DNA of 7,308 bases from the NCBI RefSeq assembly GCF_006345805.1, contig NW_021828916.1, positions 1-7,308 of the forward strand. Reading direction: 5' to 3'. The notes below the pieces were generated by a model. It saw only the letters and a list, made by a program, of their open reading frames with translations, had not been told where the DNA came from and did no database searches. Shown here piece by piece: positions 1-6,992 of this stretch. Origin of the DNA: Octopus sinensis. Lineage: Eukaryota. Every line of letters starts with the position of its first letter. Positions within the stretch are counted from its first letter, which is position 1. Both the position numbers and the translations under genes were made by a program.

Positions 1-44
1 ACATATTTTTGATATTGTTGAGCAAACAGACAACTGACTAAATC

Positions 45-73
45 ATTATTATTATTATTATTTTTATTATTAT
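45..73. repeat. (ATT)n microsatellite, imperfect
   Basis: attattattattattatttttattattat read directly. Confidence 0.85.
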
Positions 74-407
74 ATAACATATTGAATTCTTCAGGCTGGA
101 ATTACCTATAAATGATATTTATATTGGAGAATTAGAGTGGATGCGGATGGGGGGAAGGAAGAATATTTTTAAATCCTTCATTTACTGATGAAGTAATTTT
201 AATTACACATAATTTTATGAGTTAAAATAAACAAAAGACACTGGAACGCCATCCTCCTCCACCGCCATTAATACAAAGATAATGAAGAACATAATCCAAC
301 CAACATCTATTTCACAAAGACACAAATATTAAAGTAAACAATATTCTTGAAAAAAAATTTCTCCTTCTCATACATACTCATACATACGCTTATACTCATA
401 CAGACAA

Positions 408-441
<34 letters not shown>

Positions 442-482
442 GCATACATACATGTATATATACATAAATATATACATGTATG

Positions 483-519
<37 letters not shown>

Positions 520-595
520 TATATACATGTATATATATAGATTATATATATACATACATACATATATACATAAATACATATATACATACATATAT

Positions 596-640
<45 letters not shown>

Positions 641-731
641 TATACATACATATATACATAGGTATATGCATGCATATATATATAGATATATACATACACA
701 CATATATACTTACATATATACATACATATAT

Positions 732-762
<31 letters not shown>

Positions 763-792
763 ATATATTATATATATATATATATATATTAT
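408..792. repeat. Compound (TA)n/(TACA)n microsatellite
   Basis: Almost continuous TA dinucleotide runs interspersed with TACA/CATG. It explains the Y/I/M-rich ORFs at 307-735, 347-661 and 519-701. Confidence 0.97.
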
Positions 793-966
793 ATTAATTA
801 ATAAGGGTGAGAGAATTAGATACTAATTTAATAGTATATCCATTCAACACCAAGTGGCCTAGTGCTCCGAGAAACCTGGATTATTATAATATTTTATAAT
901 ATATTATAATATTTTTACAAATAAATATAAGAGAGTGGTCACTATATGGCTCACTCTAGCACCAGT
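793..966 (-). repeat. 174-bp inverted partial copy of the 535-bp tandem unit
   Basis: 793-966 is the reverse complement of 1173-1346 (e.g. AAGGGTGAGAGAATTAG vs CTAATTCTCTCACCCTT; CTCTAGCACCAGT vs ACTGGTGCTAGAG), differing only slightly in the TATTT run near 920/1213. Confidence 0.97.
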
Positions 967-976
967 GGATTTCATC

Positions 977-1072
977 CAGATAGTTTTGGCCGATGAGCTA
1001 CAAGTGGATTTTTTTGTAAGTAAAATTACATTTAATTCATTAATAGCGAAACAATTGTCCCAAAATAATCTG
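977..1072 (+). ncRNA. Type I hammerhead ribozyme, copy 1 (predicted cleavage after C1059)
   Basis: Stem I CAGAT-AG-TTTTGG (977-989) / CCAAAA-TA-ATCTG (1060-1072); core CCGATGA 990-996; stem II GCTA 997-1000 / TAGC 1044-1047; GAAA 1048-1051; stem III AC-AATT-GT; GTC triplet 1057-1059. Confidence 0.88.
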
Positions 1073-1513
1073 TATTTTTGTTATTCTTTATTTGCCCTGT
1101 CCGTGTGAGCTAACAATCGTACTGACTTTCATGGGAAACATGTATTTTTAGTGGTTGAAACCTTTTGGATTAACTGGTGCTAGAGTGAGCCATATAGTGA
1201 CCACTCTCTTATATTATTTTGTAAAAATATTATAATATATTATAAAATATTATAATAATCCAGGTTTCTCGGAGCACTAGGCCACTTGGTGTTGAATGGA
1301 TATACTATTAAATTAGTATCTAATTCTCTCACCCTTATTAATTAATTATAATTATGCAGCATTTATTTCTAAATGCTGTATTTGTTTTCCGTGAAAGTTT
1401 GGCGCGCTGTTAGTTGGGGCATTTGAATTATAACGTCGGATGTAATCAATTGAACCACACACGCGTATTTATCGTTATGGTAAAATCTGGCGTGTGATTG
1501 AGTGGATTTCATC

Positions 1514-1605
1514 CAGATAGTTTTGGCCGATGAGCTACAAGTGGATATTTTTGTAAGTAAAATTACATTTAATTCATTAATAGCGAAACATTGTCCCAAA
1601 TTCTG
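1514..1605 (+). ncRNA. Type I hammerhead ribozyme, copy 2, with altered stem III and stem I (predicted site after C1595)
   Basis: Same core CCGATGA...TAGCGAAAC, but stem III reads ACATTGT (palindrome broken) and the 3' strand of stem I is shortened to CCAAATTCTG. Confidence 0.7.
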
Positions 1606-2044
1606 TATTTTTGTTATTCTTTATTTGCCCTGTCCGTGTGAGCTAACAATCGTACTGACTTTCATGGGAAACATGTATTTTTAGTGGTTGAAACCTTTTG
1701 GATTAACTGGTGCTAGAGTGAGCCATATAGTGACCACTCTCTTATATTTATTTTGTAAAAATATTATAATATATTATAAAATATTATAATAATCCAGGTT
1801 TCTCGGAGCACTAGGCCACTTGGTGTTGAATGGATATACTATTAAATTAGTATCTAATTCTCTCACCCTTATTAATTAATTATAATTATGCTGCATTTAT
1901 TTCTAAATGCTGTATTTGTTTTCCGTGAAAGTTGGCGCGCTGTTAGTTGGGGCATTTGAATTATAACATCGGATGTAATCAATTGAACCACACGCGTATT
2001 TATCGTTATGGTAAAATCTGGCGTGTGATTGAGTGGATTTCATC

Positions 2045-2137
2045 CAGATAGTTTTGGCCGATGAGCTACAAGTGGATATTTTGTAAGTAAAATACTTTAA
2101 TTCATTAATAGCGAAACAATTGTCCCAAAATAATCTG
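2045..2137 (+). ncRNA. Type I hammerhead ribozyme, copy 3 (predicted cleavage after C2124)
   Basis: TTTTGG-CCGATGA-GCTA...TAGC-GAAACAATTGTC-CCAAAATAATCTG intact; the tip of stem II has small deletions. Confidence 0.82.
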
Positions 2138-2573
2138 TTTTTGTTATTCTTTATTTGCCCTGTCCGTGTGAGCTAACATCGTACTGACTTTCATGGAAAC
2201 ATGTATTTTTAGTGGTTGAAACCTTTTGGATTAACTGGTGCTAGAGTGAGCCATATAGTGACCACTCTCTTATATTTTATTGTAAAAATATTATAATATA
2301 TTATAAAATATTATAATAATCCAGGTTTCTCGGAGCACTAGGCCACTTGGTGTTGAATGGATATACTATTAAATTAGTATCTAATTCTCTCACCCTTATT
2401 AACTAATTATAATTATGCTGCATTTATTTCTAAATGCTGTATTGTTTTCCGGTGAAAGTTTGGCGCGCTGTAGTTGTGGGGCATTTGAATTATAACGTCG
2501 GATGTAATCAATTGAAACACACGCGTATTTATCGTTATGGTAAAATCTGGCGTGTGATTGAGTGGATTTCATC

Positions 2574-2668
2574 CAGATAGTTTTGGCGATGAGCTACAAG
2601 TGGATTTTTTTGTAAGTAAAATTACATTTAATTCATTAATAGCGAAACAATTGTCCCAAAATAATCTG
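2574..2668 (+). ncRNA. Type I hammerhead ribozyme, copy 4, with a 1-nt core deletion (site after C2655)
   Basis: Reads TTTTGG-CGATGA (one C missing from the core); the remainder is intact. Either defective or an assembly indel. Confidence 0.65.
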
Positions 2669-3107
2669 TATTTTTGTTATTCTTTATTTGCCCTGTCCGT
2701 GTGAGCTAACAATCGTACTGACTTTCATGGGAAACATGTATTTTTAGTGGTTGAAACCTTTTGGATTAACTGGTGCTAGAGTGAGCCATATAGTGACCAC
2801 TCTCTTATATTTATTTTGTAAAAATATTATAATATATTATAAAATATTATAATAATCCAGGTTTCTCGGAGCACTAGGCCACTTGGTGTTGAATGGAATA
2901 TACTATTAAATTAGTATCTAATTCTCTCACCTTATTAATTAATTATAATTATGCTGCATTTATTTCTAAATGCTGTATTTGTTTTCCGTGAAAGTTTGGC
3001 GCGCTGTTAGTTGGGGCATTTGAATTATAACGTCGGATGAATCAATTGAACCACACGCGTATTTATCGTTATGGTAAAATCTGGCGTGTGATTGAGTGGA
3101 TTTCATC

Positions 3108-3203
3108 CAGATAGTTTTGGCCGATGAGCTACAAGTGGATTTTTTTGTAAGTAAAATTACATTTAATTCATTAATAGCGAAACAATTGTCCCAAAATAAT
3201 CTG
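3108..3203 (+). ncRNA. Type I hammerhead ribozyme, copy 5 (predicted cleavage after C3190)
   Basis: Identical to copy 1 in all stems and core. Confidence 0.88.
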
Positions 3204-3646
3204 TATTTTTGTTATTCTTTATTTGCCCTGTCCGTGTGAGCTAACAATCGTACTGACTTTCATGGGAAACATGTATTTTTAGTGGTTGAAACCTTTTGGA
3301 TTAACTGGTGCTAGAGTGAGCCATATAGTGACCACTCTCTTATATTTATTTTGTAAAAATATTATAATATATTATAAAATATTATAATAATCCAGGTTTC
3401 TCGGAGCACTAGGCCACTTGGTGTTGAATGGATATACTATTAAATTAGTATCTAATTCTCTCACCCTTATTAATTAATTATAATTATGCTGCATTTATTT
3501 CTAAATGCTGTATTTGTTTTCCGTGAAAGTTTGGCGCGCTGTTAGTTGGGGCATTTGAATTATAACGTCGGATGTAATCAATTGAACCACACGCGTATTT
3601 ATCGTTATGGTAAAATCTGGCGTGGTGTGATTGAGTGGATTTCATC

Positions 3647-3742
3647 CAGATAGTTTTGGCCGATGAGCTACAAGTGGATTTTTTTGTAAGTAAAATTACA
3701 TTTAATTCATTAATAGCGAAACAATTGTCCCAAAATAATCTG
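3647..3742 (+). ncRNA. Type I hammerhead ribozyme, copy 6 (predicted cleavage after C3729)
   Basis: Identical to copy 1 in all stems and core. Confidence 0.88.
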
Positions 3743-3891
3743 TATTTTTGTTATTCTTTATTTGCCCTGTCCGTGTGAGCTAACAATCGTACTGACTTTC
3801 ATGGGAAACATGTATTTTTAGTGGTTGAAACCTTTTGGATTAACTGGTGCTAGAGTGAGCCATATAGTGACCACTCTCTTATATTTATTTT

Positions 3892-3946
3892 ATATATATT
3901 ATATAATATATATATATATATATAATATATAATATATATATATTTA
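3892..3946. repeat. (TA)n microsatellite, imperfect
   Basis: TA run separating the end of the array from the LINE 3' end. Confidence 0.93.
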
Positions 3947-5411
3947 TAACTTAGAATAACTTAGAAAGGTTTGGTTTGGCCAGTATTGGCCCAGGCCATG
4001 TCTAACTTAATAGCACCACCTGGCGAAGTCTTTCAATTCAGGATTTGGGCACCAAGGCCCATTCGAGCTGACAGTTATTGTTTGCAGAGACATATCTTGG
4101 TGTGGATGGTTTGTCCGGCTCTGTTTGAAGGAATTTGTCCAAAGACTTCTTGAATTTTGTGTGGTCAGTTTCTGTTTTGACGTGTCCTGGTGTAATGATG
4201 AAGAGAGCGGTTCCAATTGAGATGAAATGATTGTGCCGTATTGTTGTTATGAGATGCGATTTAGATATTTGTTGTGGACGGATGGCACGTGGTCTAAGCC
4301 TTGGATGTATTTTGAAGGTGATGCCAACATCATTCGGACAGTGCTGATGGAATATTTTCCACATCATACATATAATGTAGCGTTCACGGCGTCGTTGGAG
4401 TGAAAACAGTTTCAGTTTCACTAGTCTACCCTAGTAGTCAAGGTCTGACATGCCATCTATCTTTTTTGTGATTGACCGTTGGGGAGCTTCAATTCTCATA
4501 ATATTTTGTTTTGTGTAGGGAGACCACAGTGGACAGCAGTATTCAAGGTGGGGTCGGGCAAAAGTGGAGAAGAGAAGGATAATGGTGTGGGAATATCTCG
4601 ACTGGAAGGTTCTGAGAATCCAGGAACACATTCTGCGGGCCATATCAACTTTGCTGCTTATATGTGTAGCCCAGCTTATGTTGTTGTCCACTGTTACTCC
4701 CAAGTCTCTGATGTTGTTAGACGCCATGAGAATTTCTCCAGAAGGAAGGGAGTATGGGAGTTTTAGAGCGTCCTCCCTTCCAAAGTGGATCAGTTCGAAT
4801 TTGTCTTCGTTTAGTAACATGTTATTCTTTTCCGCCCATTGGAGAACAGCCAGTAGGTCTGACTGAAGGCTTATTCGGTCATCCACGCCATTGATGACCT
4901 TCTGGAGCTTGGAATCATCAGCGAAAGTTCTGACGTAACTGTGTTTGATGGTGTCAGTAATATCATTTATGTAGATGATGAAGAGAAGTGGGCCCAACAC
5001 AGTGCCTTGTGGGACACCACTGCTGACTTTGGCTGGGCTGGATTTGACTCCTTCGACTACAACATGTTGGGTTCTGTTAGACAGGAAGCACTTGATCCAC
5101 TGCAGCAGCTTTCCAGTGACACCAATATTGGACAGCTTTCTCAAAAGGATCTTATGATCAACCCTGTCAAAGGCCTTGCTGAAATCAAGGAAGATGACAT
5201 CAGTGTTGGAACCCTCTCCCAAGGCTCTCAAAATGATGCAGTAGCTGCGTCAGGCAATCCTTTCCATTACGGAATCCATGCTGGTTGGAGTTCAGCATAT
5301 TATGACTCTCAAGGAAGTGAGTCATACGCGATCTCAGCACTCTCTCAAATACCTTAATGATATGAGAGGTGAGTGAGATTGGACGGTAATTCACGGCAAG
5401 CGATTTGTTTC
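3947..5411 (-). mobile_element. 5'-truncated non-LTR retrotransposon (LINE), CR1-group-like
   Basis: Minus-strand RT motifs KSLAVNYRPISLTS, QHGFR, FLDFSKAFDRVDH, GVPQGTVLGPLLFIIYINDI, FADDSK, DLGV, RPHLEYCCPLWSP, LQRRRERY and SLDKFL, followed by a short 3' UTR ending in a 10-bp tandem repeat (TAACTTAGAA x2 on + strand, 3947-3966). Confidence 0.93.
4038..5406 (-). pseudogene. Disrupted LINE ORF2 fragment (reverse transcriptase and C-terminal region; endonuclease domain absent)
   Basis: Three ORF-track pieces (5200-5394, 4431-5231, 4038-4421) join into one ORF2. They are separated by a frameshift near 5230 (HHFE to LRALGEG) and an in-frame TAG at 4431-4433 (LDY*GRL, probably TGG>TAG). Confidence 0.92.
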
Positions 5412-5662
5412 ATACATCATCATCATATTCATCATCATCATTTAACGTCCGTTTTCCGCGCTAGCACGGGTTGGACGGTTTCGACCGGGGTCTGGGGAGC
5501 TCGGGACTGCCCCAGGCTCCAGTCTAGTCTGGCAGTGTTTCTACAGCTGGATGCCCTTCCTAACGCCAACCACTCCGCGAGTGTAGTGGGTGTTTTTTAC
5601 GTGCCACCTGCACAGGTGCCAGAGGGGTCTGGCATCGGACACGTTCGGATGGTGCTTTTTAT
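5412..5662 (-). mobile_element. Truncated SINE/LINE-type 3' end with (GAT)n tail
   Basis: (CAT)n at 5412-5441 is a (GAT)n tail on the - strand, directly preceded by a stem-loop (CGTCC 5446-5450 / GGACG 5473-5477). The CATCATCATTTAACGTCCG...GGATGCCCTTCCTAACGCCAACC sequence resembles an abundant octopus retro-repeat (from memory, not verified by search). Confidence 0.65.
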
Positions 5663-6450
5663 GGGGGGGGGGTGCAGAAATATAGGGGAGCACCAGTGGG
5701 AGGGGTGGTTCAGAGGACAGGTTCTAGGCAAGTAGAACGTAGGATATCGAGAGAGGGGTAATGCATGGTGAAATAGCGTATTGAAGAGGGGGGTTCAAAG
5801 AGTAGACACCTATAATGGTGGTGGGGGGGTGCAGAAATATGGGGGAGCACCAGTGGGAGGGGTGGTTCAGAGGACAGGTTCTAGGCAAGTAGAACGTAGG
5901 ATATCGAGAGAGGGGTAATGCATGGTGAAATAGCGTATTGAAGAGGGGGTTCAAAGAGTAGACACCTATAATGGTGGTGGGGGGTGCAGAAATATAGGGG
6001 AGCACCAGTGGGAGGGGTGGTTCAGAGGACAGGTTCTAGGCAAGTAGAACGTAGGATATCGAGAGAGGGGTAATGCATGGAGAAATAGCGTATTGAAGAG
6101 GGGGGTTCAAAGAGTAGACACCTATAATGGTGGTGGGGGGGTGCAGAAATATAGGGGAGCACCAGTGGGAGGGGTGGTTCAGAGGACAGGTTCTAGGCAA
6201 GTAGAACGTAGGATGTCGTGAGAGGGGTAATGCATGGTGAAATAGCGTATTGAAGAGGGGGGTTCAAAGAGTAGACACCTATAATGGTGGTGGGGGGTGC
6301 AGAAATATAGGGGAGCACCAGTGGGAGGGGTGGTTCAGAGGACAGGTTCTAGGCAAGTAGAACGTAGGATATCGAGAGAGGGGTAATGCATGGTGAAATA
6401 GCGTATTGAAGAGGGGGGTTCAAAGAGTAGACACCTATAATGGTGGTGGG
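5663..6450. repeat. G-rich minisatellite, 5 x ~156 bp
   Basis: TGCAGAAATAT(A/G)GGGGAGCACCAG recurs at 5673, 5830, 5985, 6142 and 6298. Copies differ mainly in G-run length. Confidence 0.97.
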
Positions 6451-6527
6451 AGAAACGACATCCGGTATAGTTGGAGCAAAATAGAGATATCCGGTATTGG
6501 TGGTGGGGGTGGGTAGGGCTGGCCCGC

Positions 6528-6590
6528 CGCGAAGAATCGGCAGCCAATTTCTATCAGCCCTGTAAGGGAGATAGATCTTAAATATCTATA
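6528..6590 (+). repeat. 63-bp perfect direct repeat, copy 1
   Basis: CGCGAAGAATCGGCAGCCAATTTCTATCAGCCCTGTAAGGGAGATAGATCTTAAATATCTATA is identical to 6894-6956. Confidence 0.95.
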
Positions 6591-6672
6591 ACGATAACTA
6601 GTGAATTATACAGAATATGCAAAAACGAGGCGAGGCTGAAATAGTAAACAGAGTGGCGACTAGGGGGATCAG

Positions 6673-6703
6673 AATAATAATAATTAATAAATAATAATAA
6701 TAA
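6673..6703. repeat. (AAT)n microsatellite, imperfect
   Basis: aataataataattaataaataataataataa read directly. Confidence 0.85.
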
Positions 6704-6893
6704 ATAGAAATACGGGATGAATTAAAGTTCAAGGATTTCTTATCTTGGGATCACTTCGTTTACGGACAGTCTTGGCAAAAGGAATTCGGAATCAAGAATG
6801 AGGCAGGTTACTAGCTTAAGTATGCATAGCCATGGCGAGGAGTAGGAAGAGAGGAGTCCAGACAGACAATGTAAAAAGAGGGGGAGAGAAGGG

Positions 6894-6953
6894 CGCGAAG
6901 AATCGGCAGCCAATTTCTATCAGCCCTGTAAGGGAGATAGATCTTAAATATCT

Positions 6954-6956
<3 letters not shown>
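6894..6956 (+). repeat. 63-bp perfect direct repeat, copy 2
   Basis: Identical to 6528-6590; runs directly into a (TA)n tract. Confidence 0.95.

Positions 6957-6992
<36 letters not shown>

Larger units (their letters stand above)
964..3891 (+). mobile_element. Tandem array of ~5.5 x ~535-bp hammerhead-ribozyme-containing units (retrozyme / Penelope-like-element-associated non-autonomous repeat)
   Basis: AGTGGATTTCATCCAGATAG recurs at 964, 1501, 2032, 2561, 3095 and 3634 (periods 537, 531, 529, 534, 539). The last copy is partial and ends at 3891. Copies differ mostly by 1-bp indels, and each carries a type I hammerhead fold. The array is certain; the retrozyme/PLE assignment is inferred from established architecture. 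Confidence 0.85.

Noticed and set aside
307-735. ORFs 307-735, 347-661 and 519-701 (Y/I/M/V-rich)
   Set aside because: Translations of the (TA)n/(TACA)n microsatellite; no real protein signal.
968-982. Minus-strand CTGGATGAAATCC as a second-polarity hammerhead core
   Set aside because: It has an extra G relative to CUGANGA and no compatible stem II, GAAA or stem III arrangement.
1398-1466. E2F-like TTTGGCGCG (1398-1406) and ACGCGT motifs in each unit
   Set aside because: Short motifs whose recurrence is explained by the tandem duplication; there is no independent evidence of promoter function.
1369-1684. ORFs 1369-1599 (-) and 1502-1684 (+) inside the tandem unit
   Set aside because: They are open only because of copy-specific indels, are interrupted in the other units and have no recognisable motifs.
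964-3891. Array as CRISPR, 5S rDNA, snRNA/SL-RNA or histone repeat
   Set aside because: Units are wholly repeated with no unique spacers, and I see no 5S, U1/U2/U4/U5/U6, SL or tRNA sequence signature.
3971-5357. Plus-strand ORFs 3971-4153, 4479-4766, 4564-4866, 4941-5357, 4975-5157 and minus ORF 4007-4216
   Set aside because: Antisense or alternate-frame shadows of the LINE ORF2.
4038-5411. The LINE RT as the enzyme that mobilised the hammerhead array
   Set aside because: It is 5'-truncated, frameshifted and contains a stop codon. It is CR1-like rather than Penelope-like and shares no 3' sequence with the 535-bp unit.
5373-5735. 120-aa ORF with a poly-His tract
   Set aside because: The His run is the (CAT)n retroelement tail, and the ORF crosses three unrelated repeats.
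5724-6547. ORFs 5724-6005 and 6335-6547 (-)
   Set aside because: Translations of the 156-bp minisatellite, with frame changes at variable G-runs.
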